Of a stretch of DNA of 64,000 bases, positions 21,428-40,206 are shown piece after piece. Numbering within the stretch: the first letter of the stretch is position 1; each line of letters starts with the position of its first letter. The notes below the pieces were generated by a model. That model was not told where the DNA came from, made no database searches, and saw only the letters and a program-made list of their open reading frames with translations. The translations under genes and the position numbers were made by a program. The DNA comes from Fimicolochytrium jonesii (taxonomy: Eukaryota), in contig NW_026515675.1 in assembly GCF_025526975.1 (NCBI RefSeq), positions 62,001 through 126,000 on the forward strand. The letters run 5' to 3'.

Positions 21428-24342
21428 ATGACTCCAAACACAATACCTGTACATATACAGAGCAACAGTAGCCTGCGACAAGCCAATCCTCCTACTCCAA
21501 CGTCCGCGCCCACCGGTATTGTTGTTCACACCCCCAACGCTGCTGTCGTTGTCACGCCCGGGGCGAACTTCCAGGGGGGAAATGGAACACCCGCACGAGT
21601 GTCTAACGCAACCACATCTCAATCGTCGCCTGCAGCCCCTGCAAACGGAGCAACGACAAAGGCAGGCCATCCCGTGCCCGCTACGCGTCACGGCTCCCTG
21701 TATCCCACAATGGGCCGCAGCAAAAGCGGGGCAATGGTCGAGGCCTTGGTCGCTTCAGCAGCTCCTCAACCGTACAACATTGGTCCGAACGCCGCCCGTA
21801 TCCTTGCTCTCCACCTCGGCGACGAGAGACCTGGTGATCGTTTGAGAGGTGAAAGCTTACAGGCCCAGAAAAATAGACTTTGGAGCGAACTTCTCAAAGG
21901 TACGTTTACATCTCAAATGATTAGGGTTTTGCCAACCCTAACCGGCAAGGTGTTTTTTTCTCATCCCTAACCCATCACTCTTGTTTTTGTAGATCCCACA
22001 TATCCGCAATTTTATGAGCTTGCTTGGTCGCCGAATGACTTTGTGAGACAAGTCAAGCTCGTGCGGGCCCTAGAGCTGCTTGAGTTCGCCAACGCTCACC
22101 GGGATCCCCAACATGATCCCCCTTTCATGAGTCGACGGGAATGTTTGACACAAATGTTGAAGTTGTTTGAAAAAGATGTGGTTCCTGGGGATATGGCTCG
22201 GACCGCTGCCTTCAACGTTGTTTTGGTCGATATAATGCTGCAGGTAAGAACCAATCTAAGTAGTTCGCGTCCCTGCATTTGTCCCAAGTTAGCAATCCTT
22301 TCCCAACAGAGCTTCATTGCATTTGTCTCGTCGAACGGCCGCATATGGGACTCAGAGGATGTCGAACGTGAGCATATTCGCCTGTTCAAAACGCCCGAAC
22401 GATACCCAAATGTCAACGAGACGGCGTTGGAGCTTAGGAAGCAAAGCGAAACCGCCTTTGTGAGTACTAAATGATGAGACGGCTCTTGGTAGGCGGTACA
22501 AACTACTATAACAGCAATCACTGAAACGACCCACAGATACTCAAACACAACCTCGAATCATTGCTGGAGGCACGCCCCTGGTCAGACTGTTACCTCAATA
22601 TCACCAACTTTTTCAGAGCCCTGGCAATAAGGCTCGCCAAGGACGGCGATGATATTCCGTACATGGCAGCCAGTGCGGCAGGAATTTCGGCGTCGCCCAA
22701 TCAGAAAGGTATGGACTTTCGTCGCTCGCGCGTAGTCGGCTGACACGGATGTGACAAATCCCTAACGCACATGGAAAAACCCTGTCTAATGCGCGACATG
22801 CACGCGTTTCCTCAGTGAGCACGACAGGAGCCAACGGTGATAGTCAAGATGGTGGAGATGAGGGCATTTTCTCTTACAATGCTTCCCCGACTCTGCTGTG
22901 AGTACACTCCGTTTTCGAAGTATCGTACGTCGCTGACTGACACGCTAATTCCTTCATGTAGTGGCGAACTGATGAACGAGTTGGAAGCCCGGGAAGCTGT
23001 CGTAGAAGACGGGCAAGGGGATCCCTCTTTGGGAGCTGTTGACGAAGTCGAGCAGCCGTCACAGGAATCAGTGAGCCAGAACACCCCAAAGGCAAAGACT
23101 ACGCGCGCGTCTCGTCCTCGGAAAAGCGATGTTGGTGCTGCTCCCACGACGACGAGTTCCGGTGCGAAAAAGAAGAAAGTTACTCGCCGGGCAACGAGCA
23201 CAGCTGCTGATGTCATTCACGGCCTCGACGTTGCCCAAGACAATTTACGGTGAGTGGAATATAGCCTAAAGAAATTAGGCCATGCAAGACGAAATGGATG
23301 ATTCCGACCGGTATGCCACTTTGTCGCAGTTTACTAATGAACCGGTCCGATGTAGACGTGACGTTCCAGATCCCATCGATCGCATATACAACGAAGTCGA
23401 TGCGGAATTCCCTAAGGAGGTGCCGCCGAAACGGACACGTACGCGAAAATCCACATCTGCGAAAAAAGGTCAAGGGGAAGATGTATCTCTTGAAAATGGT
23501 GAACAGGTCAGCACTCCCGCAAATGGCCGAGGACGGAAACGAAAGGCGAGGGCCAGTGAAGGGTTATCGCAAGACAACGCCGAAGATGGTGAAGGAAGCG
23601 ACGTGAAGCGGCAGAAGATCGACTCTGCGAGGCAGCGACGAGGTATGCATTGAGGTGAAATACTCGATAGCTTTTTATCTAATGATTTTCTGTTCCACCA
23701 GCGGAGCGCATCAAACGCAAAGCCGAGGAGGAGCGTGACAAGCTACCAATTGGAGTTGCCCCTGACAATCTTCACATCGTCAATAGCATTCGTCGAAGCC
23801 GCGGGCTCAGCTTCGACCCGAACAACGCCGGTGCAGCTCAGGACGCCTCGTCTCCCATTTCTCCAGCGACTCCATCGGCCAGCGCGGTCCCTGCGAACCA
23901 AGCGCAACGGCGGGCGAAAGGTCAGCTGGAAATCACGGGGGGTAAGCTCACGGAGCCCAGAGGTTCTGGATCAAAGGAAAACACCCCGGTGCTCGGCCAA
24001 GATGCTGATGTCCACGACGAAAACGCAGGGACTGACTTACATGTACAACAACCAGCTGTCGACGTGAAGCCTGCGCCAGGCACACCTCAACAACGTAAAC
24101 GACGACGATGGAGTGCAGAAGACGAGGCGGAGTTGGAACGGGGGTTGTTGAAGTTCAAGCATGCTCCGAGACGCTGGCGCCTCATACTTGACGAGGGCAA
24201 AGCGCGAGGTTGCTTTCTTGGGCGGAATAATGTAGATCTGAAAGACAAAGCTCGGCAGATGAAGGAGGCTCGTGCAAAGAGTGGAATTGGGTTGGGTGGG
24301 TTCGAGTTTGCGGTGGATCGTGGCACGCCCGGCAACATGTGA
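21428..24342 (+). CDS. Telomere-repeat binding factor (Tbf1/TRF-like) with C-terminal telobox Myb domain, multi-exon
   Basis: RRRWSAEDEAELERGL...W..IL...GRNNVDLKDKARQMK telobox signature; helical N-domain; basic linker. Confidence 0.8.
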
Positions 24343-24480
24343 AACGTTCGTTTTGAAATGTTCGCTTCGGAGTGTATTTGCAAGCGGTTTGTAAATTTTT
24401 GATACCTGTGTCACATATACACAATATAAACACATCGCAATAGCTTCTCCTACTTGAGAAATCTATTGTCAACTATCTAT

Positions 24481-26866
24481 CTACATCCCGCTAGCACACA
24501 CTACATCACCATTCTGCAACGCGCCGAAGAAACGGTTAGTAGAGAGATATGAGCAACCTTCCCAAGCCCGAACGTGTAAGTTTTACCTCGAAAAACCATT
24601 CAACAATGCCTTTGAGGAAAGGGCCCCCGCGTTCCATGGTTTCCGAATCGCAGATCAAGCACACATGTCGTCTAGCTCTCGTTATAGCGACGTTCAATCG
24701 TCTTGACTCGGACAGGAACCCAACGTCGCCGTTATCATTCGAGCGAACTAGACTGAGAATTATTGCTTCCTTTTCTCGGCCTTGAAACCCATCAACGCTT
24801 CCCACTTCACATCCTCTGAATCGATCCTTGATCCGAGACTTGATGAGGCCCGCCTGCCCATTATACGGCGTAATGACGGCAATGTCGGCAGTCGACAGAC
24901 CGGCGTTGACCAGGGCTTCAAGGTGTTTCACCACCAAATCTGCCTCTCCTTCGTTGTATCTGCTTTCGCCGTCGGCCGCCACATTTTCCAGCATGTCGCA
25001 ACCTGCTGTGTCTATCAGCAGAAGCGGCACTTCCGTCTCGCTAGTGCTCTCGACACCAGGGAGTTCGTTCAAAAGTCTCGTTCGCACCGAGTCGTGGGAG
25101 ATCAGTTTTCCCTCGTACATAGCATTCGACGACCATTCCCCTATCTTGTCGTGCATTCGGTACTGAGTATCCAATAGTCGTTTGATTTTATCTCCGTGAG
25201 CCGAAAGCAGTCTGTCAAAGATCGTTCGGCCAAGCCCCTTCTCAGCAGCTGCAGCAGACTTAACAGTCGGGGGAAGTTGCTTGTGGTCACCGGCTAGAAT
25301 AGCTTTCGGCGCTAAAGACAACGCGATCCATGATTCCGGCTCTAGGGCTTGAGTGGCTTCATCGATAACCACCACGTCGTACTTCTTGCTGAGACACACG
25401 TTTTTGGCCCCTGCGCCATTCAAGGTGCATAGAACTACGCTGGCATTGTCGATCAAAGCGCGCACAGCAGTCTTCTCGCGTTGCTTCAGATCCTTGCGGA
25501 GATCCCGATTTGTTTGCCACAACTCCTTCTTCTCGGTACGGGATTTGGATTTGGCCAACTTCTTCAGATTCGAGTCAATCTCCTTTCTCATGTCGTTCAC
25601 TAAGCTTGTAGCGTCGGAATATCGTACTTGCATGTCAAGCGTAGCTTCTAGGCAGGCCGGTACGACACGTGCGGGATGTCCAATGCGCACGAGTGATATT
25701 CCGGACGGGACAAGTCTTTCAACGATGTTGTCTGGATGTCACCCAACAGAGTAATCATTGAACAATCCTTGAAACTCGCAGAATAGTTCGATACAGGCAT
25801 ACATACCTACAGAGATATTGGAAGGGCCGCACACCAGGACTCGAAGCCCTTCTTTAACCAACTGCTTCAGGACCTCTACGAGGGTCTCAGTCTGGAGGTG
25901 GTTACGGTGAGTCAGAAGTCCCACTACCAGCTTTCATTGGGGGCAATCAATACCTTTCCCGTCCCTGGTGAAGGAAAATTTCCAGAATTAATAACTGCGT
26001 CTACAAGACAGATCTTTTGAGGTCCATACAAATCCAATGCCGTATCGGCATCTTCAGCCCTTGTGACCCAATGAACCTACCAGGCGGCCCGTGTATCAAT
26101 GCAATCTCTGGCGAGCCTACCGCTAAGCGCACTGCCTCTTTCTGACTGTCATTGATTCGATCGTTAAAGAATGTCAAGTTGACATTGGATGATTGGAACG
26201 ACGTCGGATCGCGTTTGCCGAGGAGGATTTCTTGCAAGTTCGAAAGAGAATTCGTGGAGGCGGCGACGTTTAGTGCCGAAAGAGAAAATACCATTCGCTT
26301 ATAGGTGATCTCATTTGCTAATTTATTCCTTCGAGGTAGGTGAGATACACGGATTCGCGGTAGCATGCTCCAGACGGCAGTCTAGTGAAAACTCACATCC
26401 GGCAAATTCTTCCCTCCCAACCGCCTTCCACGTCTTCCTTGAAGGCCACTGTGATTCTGGTGTCCTCGACTTTCACAAGGACACCCTCGCCTTCAGCAGC
26501 CAACTTCTCCGTCTTCTTGGCCTGCTTTCCACTGCCTTCGACAACCCCAACCACGTCACCCACTCTGAACGAATGTGGCGGGAGAATATCTGCGCCTGAA
26601 TTACGCTCAAACTCAACAACGACCTTTCCCGCCAAGCCAGTGCGTGTGGCCGCCGCCCGCAAGTTGAGTAAACATACTCCACGTGCCTGCAAAGACTGCG
26701 GTGCCAGGTGCGCTAGGTTCTCCCGTGTCTCGCTGATTTCCGTATTGCGTTCCAACTCAAGCAGGGAAATCAAGTGGTCGATATGAGCTTCCCCTTCCAG
26801 AAGTAACCGCTCTTCTCTCCCGTTTGTGGTTCGATCAGGTTTCTTGTCAGCGGCGGTGACGCTCAT
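24481..26866 (-). CDS. HCS1: IGHMBP2/Hcs1-type superfamily 1 helicase, multi-exon
   Basis: IHGPPG|TGK, GPSNI, VIDEATQALE, LAGDHKQLPP, QYRMH, VDGFQGREKE, RRLNVAITRAR. Confidence 0.92.
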
Positions 26867-27909
26867 GATGCCCAGGACGCCAGTAAGGCTCTCCAAGTGG
26901 ACCGGAATACAACCGCCCAAAGGTGTATGAACTCACACTTGGTCTCTACTCCCCTGCGCTGTTGTCTGTCTCGATCTGGATTTACCAATTCACTACCGCA
27001 GACGCAGATAGACGCACAGAATATTGAGTACTAATTGTTCACATATGTGCGCATATCTGAATTGCTGGTTATTACTTTAGTCCTTACAGCACATATCAGC
27101 GAGCTCTGGTGTCACCGGCTGACGGGATTCGACAGCGCGCTTCACCAATGCCAGTCGCAACTAGAATGAGTGTGGAGAGAGGAACGTCGTCGCCCCACTC
27201 TCAGCAAAAAGTAAAGCATCTCCACGAGGTTCACGAGCTCAATGAAACCCCTAATATTATGAAAAAAAGAAGGGAGATGGCGGCAGATCGTCGGAGTTGA
27301 AGCATATGGCGGCTCAATTGTCGGTCTTCTTGTGTTGTTCATGCGGATGGGCTTCACATTTCACGCTCTTCTCCACAGCGAATCTCACGAAAAAAAGGGT
27401 GGACCCGCCACACAAAGTTCCGCTAATTTTCATTTCATGTCATTCGATTTCCGGCGGCAACGTGGGAAGAGTGGAGAACGGACCTGCATAGACGTAGTGC
27501 ATTAAAGTGGCGATTATTGCTCGCCTTGGCCAGTACGATTCCTTCACGCACGTAAGGGATGGTAATCTCTGCCAATACTACAAGAGGGGTATTCTTCCGG
27601 AATTGCCTGAAAGGGGTACACTTCTCGGCACCACGAGTGGCCTGGTGGATGCTGGAACCTCCACAGGCACATCGCCACTTCCTTGGCTTGACGTTTCCGA
27701 ACCCCGCATACTGTTTCGCTGCGGAAAGATGTACGTGCAAAATTATCCCGCACCCCAGACCCAGCATATAAAGCGGGGTTGGCAATCCAACCGCCGTTGG
27801 TTGAGCAGCAGTCCGGTAGCAAGTGCAAGCATAATAAACCTCCTCGTCTCCCATTCGCGTGGAGGTTCGGCCGCTCTTTCAAGAAGCTTCGACTCGCTAC
27901 GCCGGCAAG

Positions 27910-29158
27910 ATGCCTCATATACTAAAGTTCCTCGTTTCCACTGTCCTCCTGGGACTCTACCATTCTGCGTTTGCCCAGCCCGCCGCTGGCGCCCCGCCGG
28001 CTGCAGCTCCAGCCCCAGCTCCAGATGGTGCAGCCCCGAACCACCCCCTTCCAGACTTCGCACCGGATGGAGACCATGCGCAAGCCACCCTCTACATTGA
28101 TCATGTGGATGCCGCTGAGGATCCTTGCCTCCAAAACGAAGGCTGCTTAACTGGAAACGGTTTGTCATGCGCTTTTGTTTCATTCAAAACCACATCAAGG
28201 TCGACTGACCTGTCTTTTCATCCGTAGGCACTCGCATGCTTCTGCGTTTTGGGAGCATGGTGAGTTTGAGTGAACGCATCGTGCGCAATTCTCCCGCTTG
28301 GCGTCATCTCATAATTTGTCTATATATAGGTTCACAACATTGGCGACGCAGACGGCTATCTCGGAAACCCCCCTGAAGCTCATAATGACCCAAATAATCC
28401 ACGTTACTGGTAATGGCATACGTTGTTTGAGCACGTCCGCCGGACTGCATAATTTTGACGTTACGTCTTTCTTTCTGCTATGCTTTCACTCAGGCATTGG
28501 GATACTTGTCACGGGTACTGCAGCTCTTCCTCACTCCTTCGCTTCCTCCGGCACCTCATGCACTAACCGAGGGTCTTGATTTCAGACACTGGCATTTCAC
28601 CGCTTACGCCAACTACCGACTCCTGAGCGCAGATCGCCAAACTGTCATCCTCAACGGTCACAAGAATGGCTTCTGTCTCGAAGATGTAGGCTGTGACGTC
28701 GAAGGCCTGGAACCAGTCTACAATTGCAACAATCAGGGCATCTCGGTGGGGTGTCATGATCTTTACGACGAGACGCTGCCCTGTCAATGGATCGATGGTA
28801 AGAGCGAAGATTTGTTCCGTTTCCGTGTGCCTCTCCAATGACACTCCGGTACCGAAACGCAGTGACCGACTTGCACCTACAACCCGGTTACACGGCCAAC
28901 ACCGAGTACACGCTGGAGATCGACATCAACCCGGACGGCTTCTTCCCCGAAAAGACCATTGATAACAACAAGGCGTTCGCGAAAGTGGTCATTGGCGATG
29001 TTCCGGCTTACGACGGTCCTACTCTTGCCCAGGTGACGGTGCCGAATGGTCCCACAGGCGCCACAGGCGCCAGTGTTACGGATGCATCTGTGCACAATAA
29101 CCCGGTGGTTGCTGGCGGTAGAAACAGGCGTAGGAAAAGGTGGCTCCAGAGCTGGTGA
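27910..29158 (+). CDS. Secreted lysyl oxidase (LOX domain), 6 exons
   Basis: Signal peptide; R.LLRF; spliced WHWDTCHGHWH Cu motif; GHKNGFCLED (LTQ Lys); QGISVGCHDLY (LTQ Tyr); CQWIDVTD; INP. Confidence 0.9.
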
Positions 29159-30349
29159 AGGATTTGTGTTTCATAAGCTCAGATAGTTAGCGTCATCAGA
29201 TCCTACCGGACTCTGATTCTTGATCTTGTTTCGTGGTTCCTCGAATACTGCGGATGTAGACAGTAACGATTCTCAAATGTTAGCTTAAATCTCTTTTTTA
29301 CTGTACGTACCATTTTGATTCCTGAAGAGCTAATGCAAATACAAAGCTAGCTCTCAACTTTGTACCGCGCTGGTGCTTTTCGTGCTCATTATATTTCCAC
29401 CACTTCTGCCCTCACCGTGAAATACGATCGTATTCCCACCACATCATGCTCCAGATACTGTCGCTACAGTAGGATTGGAAATCATACACACAACGTGTAT
29501 AAGGTGCATCTGAAATGGCATGCAATGAAGGAAGAGGGAAAAGTGGGGCTATAATCCTACTAGCCCCTCGGTCGCTGCGGAGAACGAGGCGGTGAAGAGG
29601 AGATGGATAAGATTGGGCGGCTCGCTTCCCCGCCTCCAGTTTCTTCTTCCTCTGCTTCAACATCGCCTCCGCCCGCTCAACCTCCTCCTTTTCCTTATCA
29701 ATCGCTGCCCTCCTCCTTAGTATGCGGGGTGTTTTTCCCTCCATCTCGCGGATTTTCGCCAGGTACTCTCCCCTTTGCGCCCACAGTGATCACACACGGC
29801 CCTCGCCACTTTGACTCCCCCAATGAGTCCCGTCCGCCAGTGCAGTGTCTGTTTTACAGACCTCGCAAATCCCGTCTTCAGGCCCATGCAGAAGCGACCC
29901 ATTTGGTCCTTGTTGCCCTTCATTCTCCTCTCCCAGGAGCCGACCGTGTGCGACAGAGGGGTTGTTGCGAGAGAAGATAGGTTGGAGTGGTTAGTGGACG
30001 ACGGTAACTGCGGCATTTGAGAGACGGTAGGAGTGGAGAGTGAGGTGAATCAAGACCGGTCAATATTTCTGTCAGAAGCTGTCAGTGACACTTTGACAGT
30101 TTGACGGATTGCAACACCTGCGAGAGTCACGTGCCACCATCTCCTCATCAATTCGGAACATTGAAATTCAATCGATAAAGAAAGTGAGATGCGGCGGGGC
30201 GCGCTGGGGTAATTAATATATGTACATCAGTACTTCAGATACAAAGGAAGTTATAGTTCGCGAGAGAGGGTGAGGACATGTGATGCTATGCAAAGGGGAG
30301 TATATTCTGGGAGAGGCCGACTCATCTTCAACTACAATCCAAAGACAAT

Positions 30350-31967
30350 CTACCACCCGTAAGGAAGCTTTCCGCCGTTGGTCAACTTCGCCTGTTCTTC
30401 GAGTTGATAGCATTGGTAGAGCCCGCGATTGATATATTCCTTCGTCTGACCAGGGGCGCAAACGATCGATGCGCATTGCTTCAACGTAGGAGACCCGGTT
30501 CGGTCAAAGTACTCGCGGGCCGAGGGGCACGAATATTCCTTGCCAGAGTAGGAGTAGTCTTTGCCGGAGTAGGAGTTCTCTTTCTGACCGTAGTTCTCTT
30601 TCTGACCGTAGTTTTCTTTCTGACCGTAGTTTTCTTTCTGACCGTAGGAGCCTTGTTGCTGACCATACTCGCTTTGGTCGCCGTACGAGCTGGCGGCCTT
30701 GTAGGAAGACCCAGAGCCGTACGAGCTTTGTTGCCAAAAGTCGGGCTTCCAGCAGTAACCCTGGTGGCGGTCAACAGCAGAGATACACTTATCGAAGGAG
30801 GTGACTACTTCGTCAATGCACCGGCCATGCGCGGTGGAAGCGGGACCCTTGCAATAGTGTTCCTTGACCCAATCGAAGGTCTAGTGAAGAAAAGGGAAAT
30901 GAATGAATGAGTGAATGCAAGTGAAGGTAGGGAAACTCGGGAGATGCGAGCCTTACTTGACGACATTCATGATAGGAGTCATCCCTGTATTTTGCATCGC
31001 ATTTGGGTCCGTCGTACGAAGAAGGCTTGTTGTAGGATTCCTCAGGCTTGTACTCGCCCTTGTTCTTGTAGGATTCCTCAGGCTTGTACTCGCCCTTGTT
31101 CTTGTAGGATTCCTCAGGCTTGTTCTCGCCCTTGTTCTTGTAGGATTCCTCAGGCTTGTACTCGCCCTTGTTCTTGTAGGATTCCTCAGGCTTGTACTCG
31201 CCCTTGTAATCCTCCTTTTTATAGTCGGATTGATAAGATTGGCCAGCGGGTGGCTGGTAGCTGGTGGCTGCGAAGTATTTTGGTGTACCATGGCCGTACT
31301 TCGAGTCATCCTACAAAGATGCAACGGCAGCAAAAGGATGAGCGATAAGGGAATGAGTTTCCAGCCCATCAAGCTTGACGTACCTTGTTCCAACCATAGC
31401 CCTTGCTGGTTTCGTAGTTGTTTTGCTTGGAACCATAGTCGTTCTGCTTGTATCCGTAGTCCTTCTTCCATTCGTCCTTCTTCCAGTCGTCCTTCTTCCA
31501 GTCGTCCTTCTTCCAGTTTCCATAGTCGTTTCCACCATATTTCTTTCCATAATCGTCTCCGCCATAGTTCTTGTAACCATAGTCGTTCTTCTGTGGAATA
31601 CGGGAATGTGTGAGCGCGACGCGATTGAGAATACGAGGGTCGGATCCAGTCGAACCGAAAACAGGGCCCATACCTTGTAGTCTTTGGCGAGACAAGCCTT
31701 GTTGGCGTAAGTATCCCACCCATACGCAACACCGTTGTTGTCGTACCAAGTTTTGTCTTGCTATTTGTTTGGGGGAATCAAGTTGTGGAAGGGACCGAGT
31801 CAGGCACAGGATTCGGTCAAAGAGTCACATAGATCACGGGGGCAACTTACGTAGGACTGGTACTTGCAGGGAGAATAGCGGGGACCGTCGTAGTTGTTGG
31901 TGTTGTAGTAGGGAGCCGCCTGCGTCGCAGAGACGAGGAGAGCAGTGGCAAGAAGCACTTTGACCAT
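30350..31967 (-). CDS. Secreted Lys/Tyr/Gly-rich repetitive protein with Cys-containing domains, multi-exon
   Basis: Signal MVKVLLATALLVSATQA; repeats WKKDD, YKNKGEYKPEES, YGQKEN; ends GKLPYGW*; TATAAAAA at ~32160-32166. Confidence 0.8.
30575..30647 (-). repeat. 18-bp coding tandem repeat x4 (YGQKEN)
   Basis: GTTTTCTTTCTGACCGTA units. Confidence 0.9.
31030..31207 (-). repeat. 36-bp coding tandem repeat x5 (YKNKGEYKPEES)
   Basis: TTGTAGGATTCCTCAGGCTTGTACTCGCCCTTGTTC units. Confidence 0.95.
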
Positions 31968-32774
31968 CGTGGGAAGTGTGTGTCGGGGGTTGCAAGTCAG
32001 GTTGGGTGGGAAGATCACGAACTGTCTTCGAGGGTGGATATCTGGATATGGAGCGCGGTGCTGAACGTCTGTAGAGCAGGAGCGGACTCGGTTCAGACCG
32101 TCTAAAAGGCGTAGGGAAGTTGTGAACAAAAAAGGGGAATTGTAGATGAGGGTGGTTCTTTTTATACACGGAAGCGGTGGCAGCAGCAGCAGGGACGCTC
32201 TCGAGAGAAGGCCAATTCGCTGCTGAGACGACTGCGACGGAGGCTTGTCCTACTAATGTTTGTGATTAGGGAATAGATCATTTTGCGACCCGCAGCAGGT
32301 TGAGTGCTACATTGATGCGCGACGAGTCCCGCCGAGAAGCCTCCGTAGCACATGGCCCCCCCCCGCCCTCGTCCCCAACACTGTCGAATTCGCCCCGCTT
32401 TAACAGCAGCCTTGGCGGACGGCCGCGCAGAACCAGGATCCAAATGCGAAAAGTCCACCAGGCCACCAAAGCTTCGGATGTTGGGACGCGCGAAACGGAC
32501 TGGAGGCTTGGGCATCCCTTGCGGTCTGGGACTAAGTGAATGCGCCACAAAGCCGACGTGTTACTCTCTGCGGCAGCCGTGCGGCGCGGCGCGGTCCGCC
32601 CAAGAACGGCAACCCCACAGCCCATGCATGCGCCACTGAACCCGCTATGGGCGATATGCAGTGTCATGCACATAGCAACATGGAAATGAAAGTACTGTAC
32701 GTATTCTACAAAGGTCACAAACATTCTTCTACATAGGAACGGGTCCATTGTCCGAAGTGAGATGTGAGAAAGGT

Positions 32775-38532
<5,758 letters not shown>

Positions 38533-39444
38533 GTGCATTCGATGGTTATTAATATGTTCAAACGTAATATCGGAGCTTGCGTAAAAGCATGAAAGTGCGA
38601 TCGCCAGACATCTGCAAGACTGGTGGAGCGGGGCAATGTATATGCAGCACGGACGCCCCTGCGGTGGGCAAGTTGCCACTGTTCGTAGTGGATAATAAGT
38701 CGGCAGCTCCTGTCGTCGAGTTGAGGGCTCAGCATGATACGCTTGATCCTACAGCCCACGCGTCGCGACTCCGCCGCGCACATATACTGTACAGTACGGG
38801 ACCATTGGCATCCCCCTGCTTGTCTCTTCGGGGGAGAGCTCCCCATCGTATATACAACACAACCAACGGAGATCGCCAGGTATACACGCACCCTATTAAT
38901 ACTTCACGAGCGTCGTGAGAGAGAGATCCATAAGTCTAACCCATTAATCTGTTTATACAGTACCAACCCACAGACCTTCGCCTCATAGTGAGAATGTGCA
39001 CCGAGTACGTGGCGTAAGGACCCTAGTTGTGGGTGTGTATGAGATTTGAGTGCAGAGTGGTTGTCGTCAAAACAATGGCTAATAGACGCTGGACTGGGAA
39101 TAGGGATGTTCGCACTCGGTCTTGGTTGCCAGTCAAGGTCAATTGGTCAAGACGGAGTGTGAGCCAGAATTATATTGTACATCATGTAGAGATAATTCTG
39201 TGCGTTGGCTGTATAGACACCCCCCGTGCACAGCATCCTGCACGTACGTACAACTATAGGATAGCGTAGTTAACCCCATACAGTGCCGAGGGGCATGGGT
39301 TTAGTCAGTCTTGTACTGTACACCGGTGATGACGAAATAATCGCGTCGGCGGTCAAAGTGAGATACTGTATATTCATTGCCAAGAAGGATTTACAAAAAA
39401 GAAACGATATGGAGAAACTATGCGTATCCGACAAAGCGGGGTTG

Positions 39445-40206
39445 CTACTGAGTGGCGATGTTCCGGGCGTGGTTCAACTCCGACGTTCCCAACTCCCGGA
39501 TGGGTCCGGTCTCTGGGAGAGCTCCAGTCACCGCACCCTTCACCACCTCAAAAAGAACGGTGGGCGTGGATTTGTCTTGCAGTTGGTAGTGCACAGAATC
39601 GGCGGTAATGTAGAGCAAAGTGATGCGAGGGTCCTCCGGGCCCCCTGTGTGCACGCCGTCACCGAGGTCGCCAAACCATGCCTAGATGATTGATAGTGTG
39701 CAAATGTGAGCGAGCCATCATCAGCATTTACATCGGACAGACCGCATCAATCATACCTTCAGATCAGGCTTGTACAATTCCTTGATCTTCGTCCTGTCGT
39801 TCACCAAGGATGCAGTTCCTGATACGCTAACCCAGTTCTGGCCCTTGGAGTACGCCACATTCACGTGGTTATCGTAGCTCAAGTCGTCCAACTTGTGAGA
39901 TTGGTTGTTGGTGACGAACACAATATCAGGTCCGCCTTCGATTCGCTCGCGGGTAGCCATCGGTCGAGACACCAGGGATCCATCTCGGGCGCGAGTGGTG
40001 AAAGTTGCGATCTAATGACATGAACAGAAGTTGAGTGAGTTGGAGAACCGAAACGGGATGTGTGAACGGACGACAGATACCTTGATTCCATCGATGAGTT
40101 TGTAGAGGTCCTCAATCTGCTTGTTCGTGTTGGTCGTCGTGTCCAAGTTCTTTGCCTTGGTTGCGTCCATGCTTTGAGGGTCGTGAGGAGCAGATGTCGG
40201 GGACAT
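39445..40206 (-). CDS. bli-3: Bli-3 / general stress protein, FMN-binding split-barrel, 3 exons
   Basis: LVSRPMAT, WVSVSGTA, LKAWFGDLGDGVHTGGPEDPRI. Confidence 0.88.

Noticed and set aside
29412..30016. Minus ORFs with CDHC and a coiled coil between LOX and the repeat protein
   Set aside because: Needs frameshifts; no family recognised; possibly a relic
31030..31207. 36-bp repeats resembling a CRISPR array
   Set aside because: No spacers; head-to-tail, in-frame coding repeat in a eukaryotic gene
30404..31732. Hydrophobic or Cys-repeat ORFs in other frames (LVLVGFLR, CRIPQACT)
   Set aside because: Shadow frames of the Lys/Tyr repeat gene
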